Source: a bacterium (GTDB lineage Bacteria; Calditrichota; Calditrichia; RBG-13-44-9; J042). Taken from it: a DNA stretch of 64,000 nt. The notes below the pieces were generated by a model. That model was not told the origin of the DNA, searched no databases, and was given only the letters and a program-made list of their open reading frames with translations. Location of the stretch: NCBI GenBank assembly GCA_015485355.1, contig WFTQ01000084.1, positions 10,104 to 74,103 of the forward strand, written 5' to 3'. Both the position numbers and the translations under genes were made by a program. The first letter of the stretch is position 1. The number at the start of each line of letters is the position of its first letter. This document shows, one piece after another, positions 37,445 to 48,219 of this stretch.

Positions 37445-39583
37445 TTATCGCTTAAACGGTTTTCCGTCCTTGCGGTCCTTACGATCGCCGGGTTTCTGAC
37501 CGTGGCGGCGCAGGTACTCCTTTCGGCTCAGATTAAAGCGTCCCTCTCGATCGATATTCTTTAATATTACGTGCACCTTATCGCCCACCTTCACGATATC
37601 GGTAACCGTGCCGATCCGTCGGGTGTCCAGCTCGGAGATGTGGATCAATCCTTCCTTGCCCGGTAAAAATTCCGCAAAGGCGCCGAAATTGGTGACCCGT
37701 TTAATAATCGCTTCGTATTCTTTTCCCACCTCGGGTTCTTCAATGATCGCCTCGATCATTTTCTTGGCTTTCTCGGCCATGGTGACATCCTGGGAAGAGA
37801 TGATGGTGAATCCGGTACCATCTTCGATATCGATCTTCACACCGGTCTCTTCGATAATCTGACGAATGGTGCGTCCTCCAGGCCCGATGACCAGTCCGAT
37901 CTTCTCGGCCGGAATCACCAGGGAGAGGATACGGGGGGCATAAGGCGAGATCTCCGCCCGCGGCCGTTCGATCGTCTGCTCCATGATATCCAGGATTTTC
38001 AGGCGGGCCACCCTGGCCTTTTCCAGAGCCTCCTGCAGGATTTCGTAAGACAATCCCGATATCTTGATGTCCATCTGAAAGGCGGTGATGCCATCTCGAG
38101 TGCCCGCCACCTTGAAATCCATATCACCCAGATGGTCTTCATCGCCCAGAATGTCGGTCAAGATCCGCACCTGGTCTTCTTCCTTGATTAATCCCATGGC
38201 GATGCCCGCCACATGACACTTGACCGGGACTCCGGCATCCATCAAACTCAGCGAGCCGGCACACACGGTCGCCATTGAAGAGGAGCCATTGGATTCCAGA
38301 ATATCGGAAACGATTCGGATGGTATAGGGGAAGCTATCCTCATCGGGAAGCACATTTTTCAAAGCCCGTTCGGCCAAATTCCCGTGGCCGATTTCCCGGC
38401 GGCTGGGTCCCCGGAAGGGCTTCACCTCGCCCACGCTGAACCCTGGAAAGTTGTAGTGCAACATGTAACTCTTGCTGGACTCTCCCTCCAGGGATTCAAT
38501 GATCTGCTCATCGATTTTGGTCCCCAGGGTGGTCGTTGCCAGACTCTGGGTTTGTCCGCGTGTAAACAGGGCCGATCCATGGGCCCGGGGCAGAATGCCC
38601 ACCTCGCAATTGACCGGTCGAATATCGTCGGGGCCCCGTCCATCCAGTCGCCGGTTTTTCTGAATGACCATACCGCGCACTTCACGCTTCTCGATTTCTT
38701 CCAGCAACTCCTTAATAAAACCGTGGTGGTCCTCGTAGGCTTCGCCCAAGGTTTCCAGCACTTCGTCGCGAATGGCCGACAGGCGATCCCGACGGGCCTG
38801 CTTTTCGGTAATCCAAATCGCTTCCCTGATCTTCTCCAGGGCCAGCTCTTCCACCCTCGCCGGCAGCTCTTCGGGAATTTCGGGCTCCGGAATCTCCATT
38901 TTCGGACGGCCCACCTCAGCAATCAACTCCTGTTGCAATTCAATAATCTCCCGAATATACCTATGCCCAAACTTGATGGCCTCCAGCATCTCCGCTTCGG
39001 AAATTTCCTGGGACTCCCCTTCCACCATGGTGATGGAATCGTACGACCCCGCAATGACCAGTTCCAGGGGACTCTCTTCCAGCTGGGAGAATGTGGGATT
39101 GATGACAAACTCTCCTCCCACTTTGCCCACCCGCACAGAAGCGATCGGTTTTTCGAAAGGTATATCGGAGATGCACAGCGCTGCGGATGCCCCAATACCC
39201 CCCAGGACATCGGCATCGTTCTCCTGATCGCTGGAGAGGACAAACACCACCACCTGAGTATCGTTTTTAAAATTTTTGGGGAAAAGGGGGCGGATCGGCC
39301 GATCGATCAGACGGGCACTCAAAATTTCTTTTTCACTGGGGCGACCTTCCCGTTTAAAAAAGCCTCCGGGAATTCGGCCGGCGGCATAGGCTCTTTCCTG
39401 ATACTCTACGGTGAGGGGAAAGAAATCAATGTCCTCTCGGGGTTCTTTACTGCAAGTGGCGGTTGCCAGAACCATGGTGTCGGCATAGCGCACCAGTACC
39501 GCCCCGTTGGCCTGCTTAGCCACCCGACCGGTTTCGATGGATAATATCCGGCCGCCGATTTCTCGTTCTTTCTTAACAATCAT
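37445..39583 (-). CDS. pnp: Polyribonucleotide nucleotidyltransferase
   Basis: FFPLTV, RLIDRPIRPLF, SNGSSSMA, DHLGDMDFKVAGT, KH and S1 domains. Confidence 0.99.
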   Translation of the reverse strand: MIVKKEREIGGRILSIETGRVAKQANGAVLVRYADTMVLATATCSKEPREDIDFFPLTVEYQERAYAAGRIPGGFFKREGRPSEKEILSARLIDRPIRPLFPKNFKNDTQVVVFVLSSDQENDADVLGGIGASAALCISDIPFEKPIASVRVGKVGGEFVINPTFSQLEESPLELVIAGSYDSITMVEGESQEISEAEMLEAIKFGHRYIREIIELQQELIAEVGRPKMEIPEPEIPEELPARVEELALEKIREAIWITEKQARRDRLSAIRDEVLETLGEAYEDHHGFIKELLEEIEKREVRGMVIQKNRRLDGRGPDDIRPVNCEVGILPRAHGSALFTRGQTQSLATTTLGTKIDEQIIESLEGESSKSYMLHYNFPGFSVGEVKPFRGPSRREIGHGNLAERALKNVLPDEDSFPYTIRIVSDILESNGSSSMATVCAGSLSLMDAGVPVKCHVAGIAMGLIKEEDQVRILTDILGDEDHLGDMDFKVAGTRDGITAFQMDIKISGLSYEILQEALEKARVARLKILDIMEQTIERPRAEISPYAPRILSLVIPAEKIGLVIGPGGRTIRQIIEETGVKIDIEDGTGFTIISSQDVTMAEKAKKMIEAIIEEPEVGKEYEAIIKRVTNFGAFAEFLPGKEGLIHISELDTRRIGTVTDIVKVGDKVHVILKNIDREGRFNLSRKEYLRRHGQKPGDRKDRKDGKPFKR

Positions 39584-39599
39584 TTCTCTCTTAACCTTT

Positions 39600-39869
39600 T
39601 TATCTTCTTAATCCAAGTGTGTTGATCACGGCACGGTAACGTTCGATATCTTTCCGGGCCAGATAATTTAACAGGCGTCGTCGTTGTCCGACCAGTTTCA
39701 GCAAACCACGACGGGAATGGTGATCTTTCCGATGCGTCTTCAGGTGCTCGGTCAACTGAAGAATGCGATGGGTCAACAAAGCGATCTGGACTTCGGTACG
39801 CCCGGAATCTTTAGGATCGGCTCCAAACTTTTTGATGATCTCCAACTTCTCTTCTTTGGTTAAAGCCAT
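39600..39869 (-). CDS. rpsO: 30S ribosomal protein S15
   Basis: [36 protein letters not shown]; start MALTKEEK. Confidence 0.98.
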   Translation of the reverse strand: MALTKEEKLEIIKKFGADPKDSGRTEVQIALLTHRILQLTEHLKTHRKDHHSRRGLLKLVGQRRRLLNYLARKDIERYRAVINTLGLRR

Positions 39870-39885
39870 ACATGCGCCTCCAACA

Positions 39886-40803
39886 TTATATTTTCTCACA
39901 AATTTCTCGATCCTTTCGCAATTGGGTTTTCAGTTCTTCGATGGTGTTAAATTTTCGTTCGGGACGAATGAACTTTTTAAACAAAACGGTCACCACTTTT
40001 CCATATATCAAACTTTGAAAATTAAATATGTGAACTTCCGAAGTCAAGGCCTCAATATTATTAAAGGTGGGACGAAATCCAACGTTCATCATTCCTTTGT
40101 AGCAACGATGATCCAGCCATACGTCGACTGCATAGACCCCTCGGGCGGGGAGGATTTTATGCCGGTTCAGGGGCTCCAAATTGGCGGTAGGAAACCCCAT
40201 GCTCTTACCCCGCCCCTGGCCTTCCACAATTCGTCCCTTTAAACTGTAACAACGCCCCAGAAAGCCGGCTGCCTTCTCCACCTTCCCTTCTTGTAACATC
40301 TGCCGGATCAGGGAACTGCTGACGATTTCTCCCTCTACCTGAATCGGCCCCACCCGCTCGACGGCAAATCCCAATCGCTTTCCTAAATCGATTAAACGTT
40401 CGAACGTTCCCTCCCGATTCCGACCAAAATGATGATCGTAACCGATGACCATGTCTCGAATCCGCAACCGCTTAAACAGGATTTCCCGCACAAAACTCTC
40501 GTAATCCAGACGGGCAAATTCCCGGGTAAAGGGGATGACCAATACTTGATCGACCTGCAAGCGTTCGAACTGTTCCAGCTTTTCTTCCAGATCGGTGATA
40601 AGGTGAACGTCACCCCCTCCCAGCACGATCTTGGGATGGGGCTCGAAGGTGACGATGATACTCCCCCTCCGATGAGCACGCGCCAGAGCCTTCAATCGCC
40701 GGATCAGTTGTTGGTGGCCCAGGTGCACCCCATCGAACGATCCGACGGTGGCGCTGGACTCCCCCTCCAGATGCACATTCCGCCAATCTCGATAGACCCT
40801 CAT
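39886..40803 (-). CDS. ribF: Bifunctional riboflavin kinase/FAD synthetase
   Basis: [31 protein letters not shown]. Confidence 0.97.
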   Translation of the reverse strand: MRVYRDWRNVHLEGESSATVGSFDGVHLGHQQLIRRLKALARAHRRGSIIVTFEPHPKIVLGGGDVHLITDLEEKLEQFERLQVDQVLVIPFTREFARLDYESFVREILFKRLRIRDMVIGYDHHFGRNREGTFERLIDLGKRLGFAVERVGPIQVEGEIVSSSLIRQMLQEGKVEKAAGFLGRCYSLKGRIVEGQGRGKSMGFPTANLEPLNRHKILPARGVYAVDVWLDHRCYKGMMNVGFRPTFNNIEALTSEVHIFNFQSLIYGKVVTVLFKKFIRPERKFNTIEELKTQLRKDREICEKI

Positions 40804-41495
40804 ACTCCACCATCGTCCGTTCGTTTCGATTGCGTCTCCACGTCCTGAATGGAGAGCGCCTCTTCCAGGCGGTATTGCCCAATTCGCGTGCGAATCAACG
40901 ATCGGACATAGCCCACCGTTCCCAGTTCACCGGCAATGTCCCTGGCCAGGGTGCGAATATAGGTTCCCCGACTACATACGACCCGGATTTCCAACCAGTC
41001 CCTGCCCCAATCCAGCAGTTCGATTTCGTGAATATGAACGGTTTTGAACAGACGGGGAATGTCTTTTCCCTTACGGGCCAGTGAATACAACCGTTTTCCT
41101 TGATATTTGGCGGCGGAGTAGGCCGGTATTTCCTGCTTCAGCTCGCCGATAAACCGCCGTAATACGGCCTGCAGGCGGACTTCGTCCATTGCGGGTATCG
41201 GCGCCTCTTTGACGACCGGCCCTTCGGGATCCAGGGTACTGGTTTCCCGTCCCAGTTGAATTTCGGCCACATATTCCTTAGGGAGTTCCATCAACTGGGC
41301 TACCTTTTTGGTTGCCCGTCCTAAGCAAACCAGCAACACCCCTTCGGCAAAGGGATCCAGGGTACCGGCATGTCCCACTTTTTTGACCCGGGTGACCCGG
41401 CGGATTTTTTTCACTACATCAAAGGAAGTCCAGTGGGCTGGTTTATTCACGACCAGAATTTTACCGGAATCATTTGCTGCCGCTGTCGTCTTCAT
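40800..41495 (-). CDS. truB: tRNA pseudouridine(55) synthase
   Basis: KVGHAGTLDPFAEG, YSAAK.QGKRLY, GTYIRTL. Confidence 0.97.
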   Translation of the reverse strand: MKTTAAANDSGKILVVNKPAHWTSFDVVKKIRRVTRVKKVGHAGTLDPFAEGVLLVCLGRATKKVAQLMELPKEYVAEIQLGRETSTLDPEGPVVKEAPIPAMDEVRLQAVLRRFIGELKQEIPAYSAAKYQGKRLYSLARKGKDIPRLFKTVHIHEIELLDWGRDWLEIRVVCSRGTYIRTLARDIAGELGTVGYVRSLIRTRIGQYRLEEALSIQDVETQSKRTDDGGV

Positions 41496-41847
41496 TCTGT
41501 TCTTTTTTGATCTGTTTCAACAGGTTTTCAATGCGCTGGGCGTATTCGAAGGTATCGTCGATGAAAAAACGCAATTCGGGGATGAAACGCACCTTTAAAT
41601 GCGGGGCCATTTCACTGCGGATGAAATTTCGGGCCCGATTCAGCACTTCCAGGGATTTATCGGCGGCCTCCCGGTCGCCCAGGGTGGTGAAATAAATCGA
41701 GGCGATTCGCAGGTCTCCACTGATTTTCACATGGGTGATGGTAATGAATCCTTTATGGGGATCCTTGATTTTACGATCAATTATGACACTGACCAGCTTT
41801 TTGATCTGATCGGCCAGTTTTCTCTGTCGGATGGTTTCGATCGCCAT
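41470..41847 (-). CDS. rbfA: Ribosome-binding factor A
   Basis: IKDP..GFITIT.V..SGDLR, RFIPELRFFID; synteny. Confidence 0.95.
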   Translation of the reverse strand: MAIETIRQRKLADQIKKLVSVIIDRKIKDPHKGFITITHVKISGDLRIASIYFTTLGDREAADKSLEVLNRARNFIRSEMAPHLKVRFIPELRFFIDDTFEYAQRIENLLKQIKKEQNEDDSGSK

Positions 41848-41856
41848 AGGGGCTCC

Positions 41857-42138
41857 TTAAATAAACTCCAGCGAATGATCCACGATTTGCGCCAGGCCGT
41901 TGTTATCAATCAATTTGAAGATGGCGTTCATATTTTTTTCCACATATCGGAAATCGTTGCCAATTTGGACAATACCCAACCGTGCTCGTTGCCACTTGTC
42001 CACAAAATCCACTTCCGCAATGGAAACGTTGTATTTATGCCCAATGCGATCCTTAATTCCCCGGATGATCATACGTTTCTCCTTTAAGGAGCCCGCCCCG
42101 GGCAAATATAAATCGATCGTTAACACCCCGATGACCAT
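41857..42138 (-). CDS. DUF503 (YlxP-like) protein
   Basis: SLKEKR..I......YNVSIAEV...DKWQR; located between infB and rbfA. Confidence 0.9.
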   Translation of the reverse strand: MVIGVLTIDLYLPGAGSLKEKRMIIRGIKDRIGHKYNVSIAEVDFVDKWQRARLGIVQIGNDFRYVEKNMNAIFKLIDNNGLAQIVDHSLEFI

Positions 42139-42144
42139 ACGGCA

Positions 42145-45024
42145 TCAATTGGTTTTGCTCACCTGATCCAGCGTTCGCGCTTCTTTCACAATTTCGTAGG
42201 CCTCGATGATGTCGCCCACTTTCACATCGTTAAAATTCTCCAGCATTAAACCGCATTCGTATCCGGCCTGGACCTCCCGAACATCCTCTTTGAACCGTTT
42301 CAAGGAGGCCAATTTTCCATCGTACACTTCCACGTCGTTGCGGAGCAAACGAACATTGCTGTTGCGGGTGATTTTTCCATTCAGCACGTAACATCCGGCC
42401 ACCGTTCCCAGCCGAGAGATTTTGAACGTTTCACGGACTTCGGCGGTGCCCAGAAGCACCTCTTTTTCTTCGGGCTCCAGCATCCCCTCCAGCGCCTGTC
42501 TCACATCCTCGATGGCATCGTAGATGACCTTATAGAGACGAATGTCCACGTGTTCCTGTTCGGCCAGTTCTTTGGCCTTCGGCGTCGGCCGGACGTGGAA
42601 TCCGATGATAATGGCGTTGGAAGCGGCCGCCAGCAGGACGTCCGATTCGGAGATGGGCCCCACGGCTCGGCGGATGACCTCCACAGCCACTTCTTCTTGA
42701 GAAAGCTGCAACAGGGCGTCCGCCAGGGCCTGGGCCGAACCGTCCACATCGGCCTTGACCATGATGTTCAATTTTTTGGCGGTGCCTTCGCGAATCTGGC
42801 GGGAAAATTCATCCAGCGTCATGGTGCGGGTACTGCGGAAATCTTGTTCCCGTTTAAGCTGCCGACGCCGTTGGGCGATTGCTTTCACTTCCTTTTCGTC
42901 TTGCATGACCACAAAGCGATCGCCGGCTTCGGGAACCCCATCGAGGCCCAGCACCTGTACGGGAGTCGAGGGACCGGCCGATGTCACCCGCTGGCCGCGT
43001 TCATTCAACAGGCCACGCACCCGTCCCCAATGTTGCCCCACCACAAAATAATCGCCCACTTGCAAGGTGCCTTCCTGGACCAACACCGTAGCCACCGGCC
43101 CCTTGCCTTTATCCAGCTTGGCTTCCAAAACCACACCCCGGGCCCTCTTGTTGGGATTGGCCTTGAGTTCCAACAGTTCGGCTTCTAAAAGAATTTTCTC
43201 CAACAGGTCACCGATTCCTTGACCGGTCTTCGCCGATACTTCCACCACCTGATAAGTCCCTCCCCAGTCTTCCACCAGGATGTTGCGCTCGGCCAGTTGT
43301 TTGCGAATCGCCTGGGGATCGGCATTGGGTTTATCGACTTTATTGATGGCGATCACGATGGGCACCCCGGCGGCACGGGCATGGTCGATGGCTTCTTCCG
43401 TCTGGGGCATGACCCGATCATCGGCGGCAATCACCAGCACGACAATATCGGTGACCTGTGCCCCCCGGGCCCGCATGGCGGTAAAAGCCTCGTGCCCCGG
43501 TGTATCCAGAAAGGTGATTTTGCGCCCATCTTCCAACGCCACTTCATAGGCACCGATGTGCTGGGTAATCCCACCGGCCTCGCCGGCCACTACGTTGGTC
43601 TTCCGAATATAATCCAGCAACGAGGTCTTCCCATGATCCACATGGCCCATAATGGTGACCACCGGAGGCCGGGGCTTCAGGTCCTCGGGACGGTCCGTTT
43701 CGGATTCCTCTTCCAGAATTTCGGAGGCGAATTCTTCCTCTTCCTCAACAGTATAGCCAAATTCTTCGGCCAGCAGCTTGATGGTGTCCATATCCAGACG
43801 TTGATTGATGGTCACGATCAGTCCCAGATCCAGACATTTGCGGATAATCTCGGAAGCGGGCAGATCCATCAGGTTGGCCAGATCCTGAGTGGTGATAAAT
43901 TCGCTCACCCTGATCACATTCGCTTCGACCTCTTCCTCATCCTTTTCCTTCACCTTTTTGCGTTTTTTACGGCCGGTTCCGGCATCGCGCAATTCCGCCA
44001 GGGTTTTTCGCAGTGTCGCTTCCACTTCCTTCTGATCCACTTCCTTTTTCTTCTTGCCGCGTTTTTTACGCCCTTCCTTTACCGGTTTAACAACCTCTTC
44101 TCCCTCCTCTTCTTCTTCGATGGCCCGCAAATCCCGTTTAAATTTTTTACCTTCCTTACGAATCATCTCGAAGGCCTTACGCCGCCGGGCTTCCCGTTCG
44201 TCCTCCAGTTCTTTTTTGGTCTTCTTCTTGGTCTTCTTCCGTTCCTTCTTCTTTTCTTCCGCAGGGGGCTCTTCTACCGCTTCGGGTGTCGGCTTCTGTT
44301 CGGCCAGCTCTTCGGCCACGGCCTTTTCAATCAATCCCAGGGGACGCGCCTTTTTCCCCTGTTCTCGAATCTGTTTCAGAATGCGTTTTTGCCGTTCCCT
44401 TTTTTCCCGTTCCTCCTCCTCCAGCCGTTTCAGGTATTCTTTGGCCATGGGATGATCCACAATATCGCCCACCTGAGGTTGTTTTTCTTCGGTGCCCTCC
44501 ACCTGGGATGCGGCATCGGCGCCTTCAGGCGTTTCAGGGGGTGGGATTTCGGCCCCCTCCCGGGGGGGGTGTACGACCTCTTCTTGGGGAGGGGCCGCTT
44601 CGGTCAGTTCTTCCTTAACCGTTTCCGCCGGAGGGGGCGTTGCTTCGTCTTCGGCGGGGGGCACGGCTTCAGCCACGGCGGCTGCCTCTTCAGAAACCTC
44701 TTCCGCCGCCTTTTCCGGGGTTTCCGTCTGGGCCGGGGTTGCGCCCACAGGCTCTTTTTTCTCTGTTTCGGCGGCAACGACTTCGGCCGCCTTCTGTTCC
44801 TCCAGCCGTTTCTCGATACGCCGTTTATGCAGCCGTTCGGCTTCCTTCTTCTCGTGGGCAAAACGTTGCAAAATCTCGTCGTACACCTCATCCGTAATGA
44901 TCATGTTCAGGCCTTTGACGGTATAACCCTTCTTTTCCAGAAATTCCTTGATGGTTCCGGAAGATACATTCAGTTCTTTTGCAACCTGAAACAGTTTTCG
45001 TTTTTTATTGGTGGACACTGCCAT
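42145..45024 (-). CDS. infB: Translation initiation factor IF-2
   Basis: [40 protein letters not shown]. Confidence 0.99.
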   Translation of the reverse strand: MAVSTNKKRKLFQVAKELNVSSGTIKEFLEKKGYTVKGLNMIITDEVYDEILQRFAHEKKEAERLHKRRIEKRLEEQKAAEVVAAETEKKEPVGATPAQTETPEKAAEEVSEEAAAVAEAVPPAEDEATPPPAETVKEELTEAAPPQEEVVHPPREGAEIPPPETPEGADAASQVEGTEEKQPQVGDIVDHPMAKEYLKRLEEEEREKRERQKRILKQIREQGKKARPLGLIEKAVAEELAEQKPTPEAVEEPPAEEKKKERKKTKKKTKKELEDEREARRRKAFEMIRKEGKKFKRDLRAIEEEEEGEEVVKPVKEGRKKRGKKKKEVDQKEVEATLRKTLAELRDAGTGRKKRKKVKEKDEEEVEANVIRVSEFITTQDLANLMDLPASEIIRKCLDLGLIVTINQRLDMDTIKLLAEEFGYTVEEEEEFASEILEEESETDRPEDLKPRPPVVTIMGHVDHGKTSLLDYIRKTNVVAGEAGGITQHIGAYEVALEDGRKITFLDTPGHEAFTAMRARGAQVTDIVVLVIAADDRVMPQTEEAIDHARAAGVPIVIAINKVDKPNADPQAIRKQLAERNILVEDWGGTYQVVEVSAKTGQGIGDLLEKILLEAELLELKANPNKRARGVVLEAKLDKGKGPVATVLVQEGTLQVGDYFVVGQHWGRVRGLLNERGQRVTSAGPSTPVQVLGLDGVPEAGDRFVVMQDEKEVKAIAQRRRQLKREQDFRSTRTMTLDEFSRQIREGTAKKLNIMVKADVDGSAQALADALLQLSQEEVAVEVIRRAVGPISESDVLLAAASNAIIIGFHVRPTPKAKELAEQEHVDIRLYKVIYDAIEDVRQALEGMLEPEEKEVLLGTAEVRETFKISRLGTVAGCYVLNGKITRNSNVRLLRNDVEVYDGKLASLKRFKEDVREVQAGYECGLMLENFNDVKVGDIIEAYEIVKEARTLDQVSKTN

Positions 45025-45032
45025 TGAAACCC

Positions 45033-45362
45033 CTACTTTAAATGTTTTAGAAATCCTTTTGCCATCTCCCCGCGGCGCATTCCCATGATTTTGAATGGTT
45101 CAATACCCAGCCGCCTACGCCAGGGGGGATCTTGTTCCAGTTCGAATACCGGCACCCGCCGGCGCTCTGCAAGGTAACGAATTTTTTTTGCCGAATCTGC
45201 CGAAATTTCTTCGCTGAGCAAGACAAAAGCAATCTTATTTTTTAACAAGTTTCTTTTCACGGCTTCAAAACCCAGTTCCACGGAGCGGGCCCGGATGGCC
45301 AGACCCATCATCCCGATCAATTTTTCGTCCAGACGGATCGTTTTCTTGCCTGTCCGGTCCAT
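45033..45362 (-). CDS. L7Ae/YlxQ-family RNA-binding protein
   Basis: GLAIRAR.V..GFEAV, LLSEEIS; located between nusA and infB. Confidence 0.8.
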   Translation of the reverse strand: MDRTGKKTIRLDEKLIGMMGLAIRARSVELGFEAVKRNLLKNKIAFVLLSEEISADSAKKIRYLAERRRVPVFELEQDPPWRRRLGIEPFKIMGMRRGEMAKGFLKHLK

Positions 45363-45363
45363 G

Positions 45364-46647
45364 TTAAATGTTCAACTGCTGAAGAATCTTTTGGGCCGTT
45401 TTCTGTCCGATACCCGGGATCTCCAGCAGGCCCTGCAGCCCCAGCCCCTTGACTTCTTCGGCGGTCTTGATACCGGCCTCTTTCAATTTTTCCACGATTT
45501 TGGGGCTCAGGCCGGGGATTTCTTCCACCGCCATCTCCGATTCGACTTCGGCGGTTTTTTCGTAATATTCGGATTCTTTGATCAGCTCGATCTGGAAGCC
45601 GGTCAGCTCTTCGGCCAGTTCCAGATTCACTTCTCCGCGCCCCATGGCAATGCCCATGTCTTTATCGGGGATGATGGCCACCGCCATTTTCTGATCCCTT
45701 TCCACCAACACCCGCAGGGGCTTGGCCGGGGTTAAGGCTCGGGCGATATACACCTCCGGTTCCGAGGAGTAGGCGATCACATCGATTTTTTCGCCGTTCA
45801 GCTCACGCACCACAGATTGAATGCGCACACCCCGCATGCCCACACAGGCTCCCACGGGATCGATCCGCTTGTCCATGGATTCCACGGCAATTTTGGTGCG
45901 CTCCCCGGGACGCCGGGCCACCGCCTTGACCTCCACAATCCCGTCAAAAATTTCGGGCACCTCGATTTCGAACAGACGAATCAGGAACCGCTTGTCGGCC
46001 CGGCTGACAATGATCTCGGGTCGGCTGCCCTGACGCCGACGCCGCGGCCGATCGAAATCCTCCTCCTCTTCGACCAGGACCTCCGGTTTCAACACCTCCT
46101 TAATCAAAGCGCGCACGCTTTCTCCACGACGCAACTTCTCCCCGGGAATACATTCCTTCCGGGGCATGAACATTTCCGTACGATCCACATTGATGAAATA
46201 GCCCGCCCGGGTTTCCTGGTGCACATCGCCGATAATGATTTCCCCCACCCGGGAACTGTACTCATCATAAATCTTGCGTTTCTCGTATTCCCGAATCCGT
46301 TGCAACAGGGACTGTTTGGCAATATTGATCAGCCGGCGCCCGAAATCTTCCGGATTGACCAGCTCCGCCAGAATTTCCCCCTCCTCTACATCCGGATCCA
46401 TCCTTCGGGCCTCCTCCAAAGAAATTTCCCGGCGGGGATCGGTAACTTCCTTGACCACCTCTTTTTCGACGTATAACTCCACATCCCCACGATCAATGTT
46501 CACAATCACATCGAATTCAGCCTCTTCGCCATATTTCCGCTTCATCAGGGTCACAAATATATCTTCCAAAATGTCGCGCAAATCCTCTTTGTTGATTCGT
46601 TTTTCCTTGGCAATTTCGCCAGCCGCAATGATGATTTGGCTCTTCAT
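45364..46647 (-). CDS. nusA: Transcription termination factor NusA
   Basis: FGRR, LFEIEVPEIFDG, DPVGACVGMRG, C-terminal HhH repeats. Confidence 0.98.
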   Translation of the reverse strand: MKSQIIIAAGEIAKEKRINKEDLRDILEDIFVTLMKRKYGEEAEFDVIVNIDRGDVELYVEKEVVKEVTDPRREISLEEARRMDPDVEEGEILAELVNPEDFGRRLINIAKQSLLQRIREYEKRKIYDEYSSRVGEIIIGDVHQETRAGYFINVDRTEMFMPRKECIPGEKLRRGESVRALIKEVLKPEVLVEEEEDFDRPRRRRQGSRPEIIVSRADKRFLIRLFEIEVPEIFDGIVEVKAVARRPGERTKIAVESMDKRIDPVGACVGMRGVRIQSVVRELNGEKIDVIAYSSEPEVYIARALTPAKPLRVLVERDQKMAVAIIPDKDMGIAMGRGEVNLELAEELTGFQIELIKESEYYEKTAEVESEMAVEEIPGLSPKIVEKLKEAGIKTAEEVKGLGLQGLLEIPGIGQKTAQKILQQLNI

Positions 46648-46674
46648 AAATCTTGTTCACCTCCAATCAACGGT

Positions 46675-47136
46675 TTACCATTTTATTTTCACCTTTGCCA
46701 ATTCTATGGCGGACAGAGGAACGGTCACTTCCTGTGTCTTCAGTCTCAACACAATGGCTTCTCCCTGCACCCGAATCAATTCCCCGGTCACCTCCTTACG
46801 CAGGTCGGCCTCCTGATACCGCACCTGCAACAGGCGCCCGATGTTTTTTCGAAATTGCCAGGGATGGGTCAAGGGTCGATGCACCCCCGGCGAAGAGACC
46901 TCCAGCCGATAGGAAGCTGGAATAACATCATGGAGATCCAGGATATCGCTGATTTCCTGCGTTAATCGGGTGATTTCGGCCAGAGTAATACCCTTTTCCG
47001 TGTCCGCATATACACACAGCACCCGACGGTTTCCGCTTCCGCGCAACTCCAGATCGACCAGATGATAAAATTTTTCGTCGAACAGGGGACCAATAAGCTC
47101 GCGAACCTTTTCTAAAATCGCTTCTTTATCCGCCAT
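46675..47136 (-). CDS. rimP: Ribosome maturation factor RimP
   Basis: YRLEVSSPGV.RPL; start placed at MADKE (47136) after GAGG. Confidence 0.95.
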   Translation of the reverse strand: MADKEAILEKVRELIGPLFDEKFYHLVDLELRGSGNRRVLCVYADTEKGITLAEITRLTQEISDILDLHDVIPASYRLEVSSPGVHRPLTHPWQFRKNIGRLLQVRYQEADLRKEVTGELIRVQGEAIVLRLKTQEVTVPLSAIELAKVKIKW

Positions 47137-47161
47137 TGGACCTCTTGTAAAATGCCTATAA

Positions 47162-47190
47162 TAAAAAAGTGGGTTTATCACCCACTTTCC
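47162..47190 (-). promoter_or_regulatory. rimP-leader attenuator hairpin
   Basis: On the minus strand: AAAGTGGG-TGATAAA-CCCACTTTTTT, between the TTGCAT-N17-TAAATT promoter (47227-47199) and rimP; resembles the known rimP leader terminator. Confidence 0.75.
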
Positions 47191-47270
47191 AACTATCAAA
47201 TTTAACCGCGTGCGAATGTAAATGCAAGTATTTTACTATAAATACAACGCTCGGTTCCGGGGGAGGGATT

Positions 47271-48209
47271 TCAATCCAGTATCAATCCCGCCAGAAGAGG
47301 CACCATTATTTCGTGGTGCCCCACAAAATAATATCCCTTGCCGCCCCCCAATGTGGGACGTTGCATTACATTGACCGTAGGGCGGTAGTGTCGGATCATG
47401 TCAAACACCGCGGTGTAAAAATCGTAAGCCGGATATTTTAGATTACGCACCACGGTAAGGGCTTTCAAAAAAACTTCCGGTAAGATCACCGCCGATCCCG
47501 CGTTGACCACAATGCTCCCTTTCTTCAAGCGGGTGAGGGAATAGGAAAACAATTGAAAGTCCAGCAGCGCCTTTTCTCCAAAGGCCGCTCCATCCAGATT
47601 GGGATGCTGATGGACAATCTCGGTGCCTAAGGCCGGATGAACGGACACCGGCACCCCCTGTTCCACACAGGTGGCCAGAATGCTGAGGTGGAGGTTAGGG
47701 GCGTTTTCCCGAATCAAGCGTTCCCCGATCACTTCGCCGTACCCTTTGTTATTGCCCTTATTCGCCGCCAGGGTCTGATTGATGAATTCGGCCGTTTCCC
47801 GCGCCATCCCGAAACTGCCGTCCTGCAAGGCGGCCGCCACATCTTCGCTGGTAACTCCCCACATGGCCACCTCCACATCGTGAATCACGCCGGCACCGTT
47901 CATGGCCAGGTGCCGAATGCCGTGCCGGCGAATCAATTCGTTGATAACGGGACTCAACCCCACCTTGATCACATGGGCCCCCATCATCCACAAAATCATG
48001 CTGCCCTCCCGAAGCGCTTCCCGATAACGCCCCACAAACTCTTTAAAATCTTTAGCCACCAGAATGTCGGGTAAAAACTGGAGAAATTCCTCCAGGGTAG
48101 TCCGCCGACCGGGTACCCGCCCGAATTCCGACACTTTGACTTTACTCAACCGCTCCTGAATACGATAGGTCCGGACGCCATCAAACGAAAGTTTGGGATA
48201 ACGGCTCAT
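47271..48209 (-). CDS. Conserved hypothetical protein (deoxyhypusine-synthase-like fold)
   Basis: MGAHVIKVGL, AMNGAG.IHD.E, GSAVILPEVFLKA, GHHEIMVP. Confidence 0.7.
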   Translation of the reverse strand: MSRYPKLSFDGVRTYRIQERLSKVKVSEFGRVPGRRTTLEEFLQFLPDILVAKDFKEFVGRYREALREGSMILWMMGAHVIKVGLSPVINELIRRHGIRHLAMNGAGVIHDVEVAMWGVTSEDVAAALQDGSFGMARETAEFINQTLAANKGNNKGYGEVIGERLIRENAPNLHLSILATCVEQGVPVSVHPALGTEIVHQHPNLDGAAFGEKALLDFQLFSYSLTRLKKGSIVVNAGSAVILPEVFLKALTVVRNLKYPAYDFYTAVFDMIRHYRPTVNVMQRPTLGGGKGYYFVGHHEIMVPLLAGLILD

Positions 48210-48219
48210 GGTTGGTCCT

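Noticed and set aside
33888..39583. pnp-M16 peptidase-dehydrogenase-deacetylase order echoing the Bacillus pnp-ylxY-mlpA-dpaA sporulation region
   Set aside because: pnp-M16 linkage is widespread, the dehydrogenase is Ald-like rather than DpaA, and no sporulation genes are present
44050..44800. Low-complexity Glu/Lys/Ala/Pro-rich repeats
   Set aside because: Normal variable N-terminal region of IF-2
43219..45027. 602-aa plus-strand ORF and other long antisense ORFs (e.g. 2668-3573, 20359-21702, 38384-39544)
   Set aside because: Shadow frames opposite well-conserved genes (infB, recG, TonB receptor, pnp) with no recognisable motifs
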